This document shows positions 36,047-46,845 of a DNA stretch of 64,000 nt, one piece after another. The translations under genes were made by a program, and so were the position numbers. Numbering within the stretch: the first letter of the stretch is position 1; each line of letters opens with the position of its first letter. The notes beneath the pieces are model-generated. The model was not told where the DNA came from. It was given only the letters and a program-made list of their open reading frames with translations, and ran no database searches. Source of the DNA: Deferribacterales bacterium (GTDB taxonomy: Bacteria; Chrysiogenota; Deferribacteres; Deferribacterales; Geovibrionaceae); NCBI GenBank assembly GCA_050253075.1, contig JBFWJS010000002.1, forward strand, positions 352,001 through 416,000, read 5' to 3'.

Positions 36047-37797
36047 CAGACATTTTAAAAACCATGCTCGAAAAGAAACAGCTTAGAGATATAGACGCAT
36101 ATTTCGCCCACCATATCTCTGCGAGCTTTGACGCACCCGAAGGAGAGCTACTCTTTGCGCTTATATTCAGCGCAACCGAAGGGGGGAACACATGCCTCGA
36201 CATGTCAGCGATATCATCTCTAACATTCTATAAATATTATGAAAAAGAGATAAACGAAGCCGTAAGTGATAAAACAATATCCAGCCTCATCATAAAAGGT
36301 GCGCTGTGTGAAGCACCCGCCATGACAGCACCGTTCATCCTGCGGGGTGAAAAGCTGTATATGAAGAGCTTCTATATGGATGAAAACAGCGTAGCTCAGT
36401 TCATACGCAAAAGGAGCACTATTTCATGCAATGTGCGTGACATACTGCCTATGCTGGATAAATATTTCAGCGAAAACAGCATGCAGAAAGCCGCCGCCCT
36501 TAACGCCGCCGTGAACAGCTTCTCCATCATATCAGGAGGCCCCGGCACAGGGAAGACATCGACAGTTTTCAAACTGCTCGCCGTGCTGGCAGAAATATCT
36601 GCCGAACCACTGAAAATAGCCGTATGCGCCCCGACGGGCAAGGCAGCATCGAGACTAACGGAATCTATGCAGAGCCAGAGAGAGGCGTATCAGAACGAAC
36701 CATTCATAGACCGGATACCCGAAAAGGCATACACCATCCACCGACTGCTGGGTATGGCGGGGGACAGCCGTGCGCCAATGTATAATAAAGATAATAAGCT
36801 ACCTTATGATATATTGATCACCGACGAGGCATCCATGGTGGACATCAGCACCATGGCGAAGCTGACCGACGCCATAAAGGACGAATGCAAGCTGATACTG
36901 CTGGGTGATAAAGACCAGCTGGCATCCGTACAGCCGGGTGCAGTACTCGGCGATATATGCGGGCTAGCACCTGTTGATATATTTACCGATGAACGCTCAG
37001 ATATGCTCTCAAAACCTGCCGGAAAGTCACTTGGCAAGGGCGGAAATATTTATTCTAACATATCGATAATGCTGGATAAGAGCTGGCGATACCATGAAAG
37101 CCCAGGCATAGGTAACCTTGCATCTGCATCAGGCAAAGGCGACTGGCAGACTGCTATGGATGTTCTCCAGCATGACGAAAGCGGTTGTGTCGATTTCATT
37201 GAGATGACTGATTTATTTGAAAATATCACATCTGAACATATATTGAATCATTATAGAAACTATGCCTCTATAGAGTGCCCCATAACAGCACTGGATGCTT
37301 TTAACACCTTTCGCATTTTAACACCGCATAGGCAGAGCACGGGAGGCACAGAGCACATCAACGCCATCGCCCAAAGAACACTCTTTCGTGCGGGATACTC
37401 GGATAATACGAAGCGTTTCTATCACGGTATGCCTGTTATGATAGTTGAGAACGACTATTCGCTTCAGCTTTTCAACGGCGAGACGGGACTCATCATGGGT
37501 GATAAGGATATGAAGGCGTGCTTCGCACTTGAAAAAGAGACCGTGAGGCGCATAACCCCCGCGAGGCTCCCCGCACATGTGCCTGCATACGCAATGACAG
37601 TGCATAAGAGTCAGGGGTCTGAATTTGAACATGTATTATTTGTTTTACCCGAATCAGACAGCAGAATACTCACCAGAGAGCTCTTCTATACCGCCGTGAC
37701 AAGGGCAAAGAGCAGGCTAACCGTTATATCCACAAAAGAAGCTGTAAGAAAATGCCTCACCGGCAGGATAGAAAGGGCCTCGGGGCTGTCTCTTTAG
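36043..37797 (+). CDS. recD: Exodeoxyribonuclease V alpha subunit
   Basis: SGGPGTGKT, APTGKAA, DEASMVD, GDKDQLASV, AMTVHKSQGSE. Confidence 0.96.
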   Translation: MTDILKTMLEKKQLRDIDAYFAHHISASFDAPEGELLFALIFSATEGGNTCLDMSAISSLTFYKYYEKEINEAVSDKTISSLIIKGALCEAPAMTAPFILRGEKLYMKSFYMDENSVAQFIRKRSTISCNVRDILPMLDKYFSENSMQKAAALNAAVNSFSIISGGPGTGKTSTVFKLLAVLAEISAEPLKIAVCAPTGKAASRLTESMQSQREAYQNEPFIDRIPEKAYTIHRLLGMAGDSRAPMYNKDNKLPYDILITDEASMVDISTMAKLTDAIKDECKLILLGDKDQLASVQPGAVLGDICGLAPVDIFTDERSDMLSKPAGKSLGKGGNIYSNISIMLDKSWRYHESPGIGNLASASGKGDWQTAMDVLQHDESGCVDFIEMTDLFENITSEHILNHYRNYASIECPITALDAFNTFRILTPHRQSTGGTEHINAIAQRTLFRAGYSDNTKRFYHGMPVMIVENDYSLQLFNGETGLIMGDKDMKACFALEKETVRRITPARLPAHVPAYAMTVHKSQGSEFEHVLFVLPESDSRILTRELFYTAVTRAKSRLTVISTKEAVRKCLTGRIERASGLSL

Positions 37798-37850
37798 GGC
37801 TGAAACGGCTTTCATCTGACACAGCATAAGCGCAAAATAATCAGCCAGAG

Positions 37851-40007
37851 CTATTGTTTTGACATTACCTCAAGCATACCTTCGATGGTCTTCAGCTTTC
37901 TCATCACAGATTCCAGCTCGTTCTTATTCTTTACCTCTATGCAGAAGTCGAGTGCTGCTGTCCCCTCTTTATCACGCTTTGAGGCTAGTTCGAGGATGTT
38001 CAGCCCCATATCTTTCAGCACAGTGGTGAGAGAGTTCAGCATACCTGTGCGGTCCTCGATATTCGCATGGATCTTAACAGGCATCTTATAATTCTTCTTA
38101 TCATCCCACTGAACGTCCACTAGGCGTTCGTTGCTGAAAACGGTGTTTTTGAGGTTGTCGCAGTCTGTCCTGTGGACGACAATGCCCCGCCCACGGCTGA
38201 TGTATCCTATGACATCCTCGCCCGGCAGAGGTGAGCAGCATTTCGCTATCTTCACCATGACATCGTCTATCCCCTCTATGATGAAAGGGTTGCTGGATTT
38301 CTTTCTAGGCTGCTGCGGTGCAGGCTTTGAAACGTCCTCAGGTTTGAGTTCCTTCGGCTCGGAGAACATATGCACTATCTGCTTCGGCGATATACGTCCG
38401 AAACCGACAGTGGCGAAAATGTCGTCCTCGTCCTGCAGCTTATATCTTTCGAGAATCTTTTTAATATTATCAGGTTTGTTGAAGATCTCACGCACTTCGA
38501 GGTTTTCTGCCTTGAACTCCTTATCCAGAAGCTCGAAGCCTACATTTCGGCTGAAATCCGCATCCACTTTACGCAGGAATGCACGTATGCGCGTCTTCGC
38601 ACGTGACGTTTTCACAAAGCTGAGCCAGTCACGGCTTGGCTTATGATCGTCGCCCGTGATGATGGATATACGGTCTCCGTTGCGGAGCTTGTATTTCAGA
38701 GGGACAATGCGTCCATCGACTTTTGCGCCCTTGCACTTGTTGCCCACCTCGGTGTGGATGCTGTATGCGAAGTCCACCGGTGTCGAGCCGACAGGGAGCT
38801 CCATAACGTCGCCGTTCGGAGTGAAGACGTATATCTGCGTAGGCAGAACGTCCTCTTTGAGCGCTTCGACGAGGTCTTCGGGCTTTTGCAGCTCGTGTTG
38901 TTCAAGGAGCGTGCGGAGCCATGTGAAGGTTTTGTCTTCCTGAGGGTCAAAAACTTTCCCCTCTTTATATTTCCAGTGGGCGGCGATACCTTCCTCGGCC
39001 ACCTTATGCATTTCGTGTGTACGGATCTGGAACTCGACTGTAACGCCCCGCTTTGTGATTATCGTTGTGTGCAGAGACTGATAAAGGTTTGTCTTCTGCA
39101 TGGCGATATAGTCTTTAAACCTGTGCTGGATAGGGTTCCAGAGGTTATGCAGGATACCCATCACGGCATAGCATGTGGGCACGTCGTCCACTAGCACCCT
39201 GAGGGCAAGCAGGTCGTATATCTCTTCGAAGCTGACCTTCTTCTTCTTCATCTTGTTGTAAATGCTGAAGAAGTGCTTTGGTCTGCCTGTTACGCTGGCT
39301 TTTATATTGTGTTTCTGAAGCTCGTCCACGACCTTTTCACGGACGTCTATGAGGAGCTCTTCACGCTCGCCACGCTTCAGCTTAACTTTTTCGTATATTT
39401 CGTAATAGTTCTCAGGCTCGAGTATGCGGAAGCACCTGTCCTCCAGCTCCCACTTTATCCATGCGATACCGAGTCGGTGTGACATCGGTGCATAGATGTC
39501 CATTGTCTCCTGCGCTATGCGGCGTTTCTTTTCGTCGCTGAGGAAATCAAGGGTGCGCATGTTGTGCAGACGGTCTGCGAGCTTTATAAGGATAACACGC
39601 ACGTCCTTAGACATGGATATGAGCATCTTGCGGAAGTTCTCCGCCTGCTTTTCCTGCTGGGATTTGAACTCGATCTTACCAATCTTTGTAACGCCGTCGA
39701 CGATGAATGCGACTTCCTCGCCGAAGAGGTTAGATATCTCGGCAAATGTGGCGTCCGTGTCCTCTACGGTGTCGTGGAGCAGACCGCCGATGACGGTGTC
39801 TACGTCCATGTTCATCTGGGCAAGGATATAAGCGACATTCAGGGGGTGTGAAAGGTACGGCTCGCCGCTCTTACGCAGCTGTCCCCTGTGTTTCTGTGCG
39901 GCATAGACGTATGCTGTATGCACCTTTTCAAAGCCGTCTTTGATGCCGTTCTTTATCAGTCTGTCCTGTATGTCCATCAAACGGACTACGCGTTCTCTGC
40001 TACCCAT
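37851..40007 (-). CDS. spoT: Bifunctional (p)ppGpp synthetase/hydrolase (RelA/SpoT)
   Basis: HD motif LLHDTVED, KLADRLHNMRT, YQSLHT, EFQIRT; TGS and ACT domains. Confidence 0.95.
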   Translation of the reverse strand: MGSRERVVRLMDIQDRLIKNGIKDGFEKVHTAYVYAAQKHRGQLRKSGEPYLSHPLNVAYILAQMNMDVDTVIGGLLHDTVEDTDATFAEISNLFGEEVAFIVDGVTKIGKIEFKSQQEKQAENFRKMLISMSKDVRVILIKLADRLHNMRTLDFLSDEKKRRIAQETMDIYAPMSHRLGIAWIKWELEDRCFRILEPENYYEIYEKVKLKRGEREELLIDVREKVVDELQKHNIKASVTGRPKHFFSIYNKMKKKKVSFEEIYDLLALRVLVDDVPTCYAVMGILHNLWNPIQHRFKDYIAMQKTNLYQSLHTTIITKRGVTVEFQIRTHEMHKVAEEGIAAHWKYKEGKVFDPQEDKTFTWLRTLLEQHELQKPEDLVEALKEDVLPTQIYVFTPNGDVMELPVGSTPVDFAYSIHTEVGNKCKGAKVDGRIVPLKYKLRNGDRISIITGDDHKPSRDWLSFVKTSRAKTRIRAFLRKVDADFSRNVGFELLDKEFKAENLEVREIFNKPDNIKKILERYKLQDEDDIFATVGFGRISPKQIVHMFSEPKELKPEDVSKPAPQQPRKKSSNPFIIEGIDDVMVKIAKCCSPLPGEDVIGYISRGRGIVVHRTDCDNLKNTVFSNERLVDVQWDDKKNYKMPVKIHANIEDRTGMLNSLTTVLKDMGLNILELASKRDKEGTAALDFCIEVKNKNELESVMRKLKTIEGMLEVMSKQ

Positions 40008-41770
40008 TAATCCTCATCCGCAGGTTTTATATCTTTCAAAACAAGCTGAGTATAACGTCCGTTATAATATCCTGTCACAGCAGGAGAAAAGATAATATCA
40101 AACTTCTCGTTCTGCTCAACTATGTCTTTGTATATTTTCATATTGTATCCGATGCAGTCGAATACCTTTTCGTCCCTTTCCAGAAGTATCTTTAGATGCA
40201 TGTTGTCACGCCCGACAAATGCCGCAGGCTGAAACTTCCGCACTCCGCGCATGCAGAACACGGGCTCTCTGTTTCCTGCGCCGTAGGGCTCCATGCGCTC
40301 AAGCCACTTCATTAGCTCCAGCCCGAAGTCCGAAGGCTTCATAATCGCATCGATCTTTATCTCTGCAACATAATCCTCAGGCTCCAGAAGATCCTTCACA
40401 GCATTGTGAAACCTCTTCTGCAGACTGCCGATGTGCTGCTCCTCTATCTTGAGACCTGCGGCATATTTATGCCCGCCGAAGGAGAGCAGGATGTCCTGCA
40501 TCTGCTCCAGACCTTTATACAGGTCAAAAGACGGTATGCTCCGCCCCGAGCCTTTCCCCACGCCGTCATCGAATGTTAGCACGATGGCGGGCAGGTGATA
40601 CTTTTCCACAAGTCGGGAGGCGACGATGCCTATCACGCCCTGATGCCACTCCTCGGAGTAGAGCACCAGACCTTTATATTTCTCGTGGAGCTTGTTTTTC
40701 TCCACACGGTGAAACGACTCTTCTATTATCTGCCTTTCAATGTCCTGACGGGATTTATTCTCCTTATCCAGCTGATCTGCCAGATAGGCGGACTGCTGTC
40801 TGTCGGATGTGATGAGGAGCTTCAGCCCCTTATCCGATGCACCCATACGCCCCACTGCATTTATCCTCGGCGCAAGCCCGAATCCGACATGGGTTGTGGT
40901 GACCTTCTGCCCGTCTATCCCCGCCACACGCTTAAGCTCTTTCAGACCAGGGCGGCAGTTCTGCCCGGAGAGTATCTCAAGCCCGTGCTTGACTATTATC
41001 CTGTTTTCCCCGACAAGGGGCACCACGTCGGCTATAGTGCCGAGTGTCACCAGATCGAGGTATTTTTTAATATTCGGTATCTTGCCTTTGAAAAGTCCCG
41101 ACTCGTTCAGCTTATAGCGGAGAGCCATAACGACCTTAAAGGCGACGCCGACCCCTGAGAGCCCTTTAAAGGCACTCGTATCGTCTTTCTGCATGGGGTT
41201 TACTATCGCATAGGCGTCTAAAGGCATATTTTCTTCGGAGGGCTGATGATGATCAGTCACGATGACCTTCATACCGAGCGCCACGGCATGCTTCACTTCT
41301 TCCAGTGCGTTTATGCCGCAGTCTACTGTTATAATAAGCTTACTGCCGGAAGATGCAATATCATCTATCGCAGCAATATTCAGCCCATAGCCCTCTTCCA
41401 GCCTGTTTGGTATGTAATAGCAGGCATCCGCACCCACCTCTTCCAAAAAGAGATACATGAGGGCAACAGATGTCACACCGTCTACGTCGTAGTCGCCGTA
41501 TATGCAGATACGTTCTTTATTCTTTATAGTTTCGGCTATCAGATCGGCAGCCTTTTCCATGTCCTTCATCAGAAATGGAGAAGAAATGCCCTTCAGAGGA
41601 GTTTTAAAGAAAGATTCCAGTGTCTCTTTCCGGTACAGGTCTCTTTTATGCAGGACTTCGGTAATACACAGGGGCATTCCCAGCTCGGAAGCGAGCTGGT
41701 GGATATCGTCGCACTCGGCGTCTTTATACACCCATTTGTATTTTAAACTTTTATAGCTGATGTCAGACAT
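40007..41770 (-). CDS. recJ: Single-stranded DNA exonuclease RecJ
   Basis: YGDYDVDG, TVDCG, TDHH, GTIADVVPL, GGHKYAAG; start at 41770 after AGGAG. Confidence 0.96.
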   Translation of the reverse strand: MSDISYKSLKYKWVYKDAECDDIHQLASELGMPLCITEVLHKRDLYRKETLESFFKTPLKGISSPFLMKDMEKAADLIAETIKNKERICIYGDYDVDGVTSVALMYLFLEEVGADACYYIPNRLEEGYGLNIAAIDDIASSGSKLIITVDCGINALEEVKHAVALGMKVIVTDHHQPSEENMPLDAYAIVNPMQKDDTSAFKGLSGVGVAFKVVMALRYKLNESGLFKGKIPNIKKYLDLVTLGTIADVVPLVGENRIIVKHGLEILSGQNCRPGLKELKRVAGIDGQKVTTTHVGFGLAPRINAVGRMGASDKGLKLLITSDRQQSAYLADQLDKENKSRQDIERQIIEESFHRVEKNKLHEKYKGLVLYSEEWHQGVIGIVASRLVEKYHLPAIVLTFDDGVGKGSGRSIPSFDLYKGLEQMQDILLSFGGHKYAAGLKIEEQHIGSLQKRFHNAVKDLLEPEDYVAEIKIDAIMKPSDFGLELMKWLERMEPYGAGNREPVFCMRGVRKFQPAAFVGRDNMHLKILLERDEKVFDCIGYNMKIYKDIVEQNEKFDIIFSPAVTGYYNGRYTQLVLKDIKPADED

Positions 41771-41912
41771 AACGAAACCTACAGTTCTCCTATTATTAAT
41801 GATTATGTAACCAAAATCACTGGAATGCAAGAACTTTTCCGCTTTGAGACACCTATATTGCGAAAGGTGAAAAAATAATCTTTCTATTTTAGATACAGCG
41901 TCCGAAATGAAC

Positions 41913-42131
41913 TTAGTCTAAAAACTTGATCGGTTTCTTCGGCTTGTATGATTTGGAGATAGGGAGACGCTCCGGAGCCGTCATAGTATTGGCATTAACG
42001 TCCTTTGTACCTATCACTTTACCGCTTGTATCATACGCTGTGAGCTCGTACTCACGCACGGCAGAGTTGTTTACCAGGTTGATAGTGAACCATATGATAA
42101 CAACGGCAAAAGCGATGTACCAATAGCGCAT
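41913..42131 (-). CDS. Small hypothetical membrane-anchored protein
   Basis: N-terminal hydrophobic helix YWYIAFAVVIIWFTI. Confidence 0.55.
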   Translation of the reverse strand: MRYWYIAFAVVIIWFTINLVNNSAVREYELTAYDTSGKVIGTKDVNANTMTAPERLPISKSYKPKKPIKFLD

Positions 42132-42219
42132 ATAATCGCCGCCGAAGTATTTTGTAAAATCTTTATATCTCATAACGACCTTTTACTTTATTTTTATTCA
42201 AAACTCAACAGTTATAAAC

Positions 42220-43566
42220 CTAATTACCGTTCATCACATAAACACTGAGACGCCTTGTACGGAATATCTCCGTACCGCCCTCCAGCTTGTTGCTGTTATG
42301 CACGACCTCTATCCAGTTCCCCTCTGCAGGCGGTTCCGAGAGTCGTTTATCTAGGTAAAAGTTCACCGCTGCCTTATCGGATTTATCGGTGATATATTCG
42401 TCACGCACCACAACCGGAGTGTGCCTTTTATGGCTGATCTCCGAGACCTCCTGAAGTACGCCGTAGGTGCTCCAGTTCAGCTCGCCCGGGTATATGGTGA
42501 TAAAAAGCAGCAGAGCTATCGCAGCGTATTTAACATACTTCGCCACATCCCTCTTTATCATAGAGCCGAGCCCGTATGCGCCTATCACCCAGAAGAATAC
42601 ATAGAACTGATAAAGGTATCTCTGCTCTCTGGTGGAGATGAAATGTATGATGACAGTGTATATGACGCCTGTAAGTATGATGTATTTCAGCCCTGAGGAG
42701 ATAACGCCGTCACGCCTGATCTTATATATCCCGTATGGGAAAAAGATGAGGAAGAGCCCGCCGTATTTCAGTATATATTCGAGGTATGCCCAGACGGGGC
42801 GTACTTTATATGTGGCTCCTGTCAGGTTCAGGCTGTTATTGCCCACCCTGTCCACTATCTGATTCAGGAAGAATGTCTCGAAGAAAGGCGTATGCGCCAT
42901 AACATATGCAAACCACCACCCGGGCACGGCCAGAGTGATGATAAATATCAGGAAAAAGTGTCTGTAGTATTTAAAATTGAGCAGAGCCCTGTCCACAAAA
43001 GGGAACAGCCCCATGCCGATAAGAGGAACCAGCCCGAGAGGACCTTTCGAAAAAACAGCAAGCCCGCTGAAAAGACCTATCAGCAGCACATAGGTCAGCC
43101 GTCCGTCTTTCAGATATTTTATATAAAAATAGATAGCACCTGTCATGAAGGCCGTGACAAAAGCCTCGAATTTAAGCATGTGCGTATTCTTATAAACGAT
43201 ATAAGTGGAAAACAGCAGTATCGGCAGAAGTATCGCCGTATTAGTATCTTCGAAGAGCTCCATGGCTATCTTATAAAGGAAATAGCCGATGAGCATTGCC
43301 GCAAGCAGCGTAGAGAGCTTCACACTAAAGGGGACGGCCCCGAAGAGCTTTATGAAGAGCGCATTCACCCAGAAAAACAGAGGCGGCTTATTCATATAAA
43401 TATCGCCGTTCAGAGAGAGTATCATAGGGTCTGCGGCGGTGAGTACATTTTTAGATATGGAGGCATAGTTCATGCTGTCGCCTCTGATATCCGTACTGCC
43501 CATGTTCGCACCGAAAATGGCTACCAAAAGCAGCATAAGCGAGCCAATATTTTTATTTATTTTCAT
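42220..43566 (-). CDS. ArnT/PMT-like (GT39/83) membrane glycosyltransferase
   Basis: YMNKPPLFFW, LAVFSKGP, many TM helices. Confidence 0.85.
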   Translation of the reverse strand: MKINKNIGSLMLLLVAIFGANMGSTDIRGDSMNYASISKNVLTAADPMILSLNGDIYMNKPPLFFWVNALFIKLFGAVPFSVKLSTLLAAMLIGYFLYKIAMELFEDTNTAILLPILLFSTYIVYKNTHMLKFEAFVTAFMTGAIYFYIKYLKDGRLTYVLLIGLFSGLAVFSKGPLGLVPLIGMGLFPFVDRALLNFKYYRHFFLIFIITLAVPGWWFAYVMAHTPFFETFFLNQIVDRVGNNSLNLTGATYKVRPVWAYLEYILKYGGLFLIFFPYGIYKIRRDGVISSGLKYIILTGVIYTVIIHFISTREQRYLYQFYVFFWVIGAYGLGSMIKRDVAKYVKYAAIALLLFITIYPGELNWSTYGVLQEVSEISHKRHTPVVVRDEYITDKSDKAAVNFYLDKRLSEPPAEGNWIEVVHNSNKLEGGTEIFRTRRLSVYVMNGN

Positions 43567-43651
43567 ATATCCCTCAGAATATTCATGTTACAATAGCAAA
43601 TCTTCAAAAGTATAGTATATCACTCAGGTGTAAACAATATAATTTAATACT

Positions 43652-44569
43652 ATGGTTCAGATACTACAGATCGTACTGCCTGTTTTCATCGTGCTCGGGC
43701 TGGGATGGTTCATCAGGCGGATAAACCTCATCGACGGAGACTTCATCGCAAAGGCTAATAAGCTGATATTCAACGTATGTCTCCCTGTTCTACTTTTTTA
43801 TAAGATATCTGCCGCTGACCTGCGTGCAGTTTTCAGCATAAATCACCTGCTCATCATGATAGCCACCATCATCGTAATGTTCGTGCTGTCATACGCAGGG
43901 GCAAAGGTCATGAGCCTCGGACCTTCCTCAGGCACATTCTCCATGAACACATTCAGGGCAAACTACGCTTATATGGGTCTCCCCGTCAGTGCGTATGCAT
44001 ACGGCGATCAGGGTCTGGTCATAGCGTCCGTCCTTATGGCGTTTGTTGTGCCTATGGTGAACTTCATGTCTGTGGTGGCGCTCAGTATGTCTATGACAAG
44101 CGGACGATCCCTTAAACCTCTGCTGAAAAACACACTGCTGAACCCGCTGGCGATAGCATGCATTGCCGGTATTGCCGCATCATGGTTCGGGCTGAAATTC
44201 CCCGTATTTATAGACAGATCACTCCTTATCATCAGCGGAGTGACACTCCCCCTCGCCCTCTTCTGTGTGGGCGGAAGCATGACGAAAAAGCAGATGACGG
44301 GTGAGTTCGCACACTCTATGACTGCTTCCGCTATGAAGCTGCTCCTTATGCCTTTTATCGCTTTTATGCTTATCAGATATTTCGGAATGGATCTTTCCAT
44401 CACGTCAAAGACCCTCGTGATAATGCTGTCCGCACCGACTGCCACAGTGAACTATGTTCTCGCATCACAGATGCAGGGAGACACAGACATGGCAGGCAGT
44501 ACGATAGTTTTCAGCACACTGCTTTCCATCTTCACATTTTCATTATGGCTTTTTGTTCTCGGGGTATAA
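43652..44569 (+). CDS. AEC (auxin efflux carrier) family transporter
   Basis: CLPVLLF, NYAYMGLP, PLALFCVG, APTA. Confidence 0.9.
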   Translation: MVQILQIVLPVFIVLGLGWFIRRINLIDGDFIAKANKLIFNVCLPVLLFYKISAADLRAVFSINHLLIMIATIIVMFVLSYAGAKVMSLGPSSGTFSMNTFRANYAYMGLPVSAYAYGDQGLVIASVLMAFVVPMVNFMSVVALSMSMTSGRSLKPLLKNTLLNPLAIACIAGIAASWFGLKFPVFIDRSLLIISGVTLPLALFCVGGSMTKKQMTGEFAHSMTASAMKLLLMPFIAFMLIRYFGMDLSITSKTLVIMLSAPTATVNYVLASQMQGDTDMAGSTIVFSTLLSIFTFSLWLFVLGV

Positions 44570-44572
44570 AAG

Positions 44573-44674
44573 CAGATTCTTCGCTCTGCTCAGAATGACA
44601 ATTCAGACGTCACTGCGAAGCCCATAGGGCTATATTTTCACCCTAAGATTGCTTCACATTCGTTCGCAATGACA
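44573..44674. repeat. Cluster of REP-like palindromes
   Basis: CAGATTCTTCGCTCTGCTCAGAATGACAA (44573-44601) and AGATTGCTTCACATTCGTTCGCAATGACA (44646-44674), with an inverted partial copy between them. Confidence 0.7.
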
Positions 44675-44803
44675 ATTAATGTAAACTAAGAATGATTTTT
44701 ATATTATTCATAAGCCACAGGGATGTGGCTCGCGAAGCGTAAGAGAGCCTTGCTTTCAACAAGGCGAACGACAGAATAAAAAATGCAGGACGCATTTCTT
44801 ATA

Positions 44804-46708
44804 TTACTTAATCGGAAGTTTCAGGGTGAATTCTGTCCCCTTTCCTTCCACACTTTTGAATTCTATCGTGCCTTTATGGCGTTTCACTACTATATCGTAA
44901 ACTATCGCCAGACCGTTCCCAGTGACACGTCCGAGCTGTTTCGTGGTGAATCCCTGATCAAATATGCGTGTGTAGTCTTCCTTCTTTATGCCTATCCCCG
45001 TGTCGGACAGCTTCACTTCGAAGAATGAGCCGATGGTACGGCTAGCGATGTTTATAGAGCCCCGCTCGCCGTCCGCCTCAAACTTTTTCCGCACGGCATA
45101 TGCCGCATTCACCAAGAGGTTAAGAAACACCTGCCCCATCTCGTCCGGAGCGCAGTGTATCCCCTTGTTTCCATTACCGAGCCTGACGCCGAAGTCAGCA
45201 TAAGGATACCATTTGTCCCGTGTGAGGATGATGCAGTTCTTTATGAGCTGGTTCATGTCGATGCATGCTGTCTCTGTCTCGTAATGAACGAGGGATTCCA
45301 GCGCATCGATTACCTCTTTCACTTCGTTCACCTTATTTATCGCTCTGTCGATGTCTTCGTCCGAGCAGTCTGATGTCTTTGCCATATTTACTATGGAGGC
45401 GAGGTCGTTCACGCTGTCACCCAGCATATCGGGGAGAGACCCTGCTATATCGCCCAATATCTCAAGGTGCTGAAGGTGATTGGCACGTTTCTCCAGCATC
45501 TTTTCACGGGAAATATCAAAGATGATAAGTATCTTATGCCTTTTGGAATGAAACCATACCTCAACGGAAAAGAGCCTGACGGGCTTATGCCCGATACGGC
45601 ATATCTCCACGAAGCGTTCTTCGTTATTAATAGAGCTTTCGGCGAGGTCATACATGGATGTTCCCTTCCCGCCCTGCATCTCGTAAAAGACAGGCTCGGA
45701 ATTTATAAAGTCGCACCCTGCGAACAGCTCCTCCGCTCTGGAATTATAATCGGCGACACGCCTCACATCCATATCCAGAACAAATGCCGCAGCATCTATC
45801 CCCTCCATAAAGGCTTTTCTGAGGGCTTCACTCTCTTTCAGATATCCTTCGGTATTACATTTATCCGTGATGTCGTTCATGATGACGGCGAGCCCGATAA
45901 ACTTTCCGCTGACATCCTTCATCCGTGAGAACGAAACGTCAAATATGCGCCCGCCCATAGATATGGAGACATCGCCCGACTGTTTATGGCTTTTGAAGAA
46001 TTCCTCGACACTTTTCAGCAGAAGCGGCGACACTTTTACCTTCTGACCGCCGTAATACACGGCTCCGGGTGAAGAGCTCCCTGCGAAAAGCTCCGCAGCA
46101 GCCTCGTTCATAACCTTCACTTCGTTTGTCTCGCTGAAAACCATCACCGGCTGGGTAAGGCTCTCCAGAGTGGTGAGGTAAAGGGACTTCGCATTTGTCA
46201 GACGGCGGTTTGCATCTGCCATCTCCTGATTTATACCTTCGCCAGACAGAGCCATCCACCCGTCTATGAAGCCGAGCTCTACCCTGTCGAAATATCTTTT
46301 TATAAAAGTACGGCAAGCCTTCACATCCGTAAGGCTCATGTCTATCTTAAACAGCAGGTCTTCGTAAGCCTGTCTGTAATATTTGAAAAGACCGAGAAAC
46401 ATGATGAGATCTATCCCGCGCTCCCTGTGCTTCTTCGCCTCGACTATGCCGAACTGGGCGTAGTGGTCGCTCTTAAAGTCGAAGTGCGGATGCAGCTCGG
46501 GCATCCAGAAGGATGTGCTGGGAGTATCAAGAAGCGGCTTGCTCAGCCCGACAATGGACGCACGCCATGCCTCCTCGAGTGTAGAGGTATACGCCGTATA
46601 AGCATTCTTCTTAGCATAAAAGAGTATTCGCTTGACCAGCCAGTCCTCGTGCTCTGCAATTTGTTTCTTAAGCTCAGAGGCCAGCTCTTGGTTCAGACCT
46701 TTATCCAT
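44804..46708 (-). CDS. Cytoplasmic PAS histidine-kinase-like protein lacking the phosphoacceptor His
   Basis: HATPase N, G1, F and G2 boxes present; H-box position reads IAGSLPDML. Start is uncertain (46708 or 46726). Confidence 0.8.
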   Translation of the reverse strand: MDKGLNQELASELKKQIAEHEDWLVKRILFYAKKNAYTAYTSTLEEAWRASIVGLSKPLLDTPSTSFWMPELHPHFDFKSDHYAQFGIVEAKKHRERGIDLIMFLGLFKYYRQAYEDLLFKIDMSLTDVKACRTFIKRYFDRVELGFIDGWMALSGEGINQEMADANRRLTNAKSLYLTTLESLTQPVMVFSETNEVKVMNEAAAELFAGSSSPGAVYYGGQKVKVSPLLLKSVEEFFKSHKQSGDVSISMGGRIFDVSFSRMKDVSGKFIGLAVIMNDITDKCNTEGYLKESEALRKAFMEGIDAAAFVLDMDVRRVADYNSRAEELFAGCDFINSEPVFYEMQGGKGTSMYDLAESSINNEERFVEICRIGHKPVRLFSVEVWFHSKRHKILIIFDISREKMLEKRANHLQHLEILGDIAGSLPDMLGDSVNDLASIVNMAKTSDCSDEDIDRAINKVNEVKEVIDALESLVHYETETACIDMNQLIKNCIILTRDKWYPYADFGVRLGNGNKGIHCAPDEMGQVFLNLLVNAAYAVRKKFEADGERGSINIASRTIGSFFEVKLSDTGIGIKKEDYTRIFDQGFTTKQLGRVTGNGLAIVYDIVVKRHKGTIEFKSVEGKGTEFTLKLPIK

Positions 46709-46845
46709 ACATACTTTATACCACATTTTTGTATGTAAAATTATTTTAGCCTGTTTAAAAAGGTAACAATTATTATTATTTAAACAAGACAGTTATTATC
46801 CGAATACACAAAAGGCTTTTAATGCTGATTAAATTGAGGTTAGAC

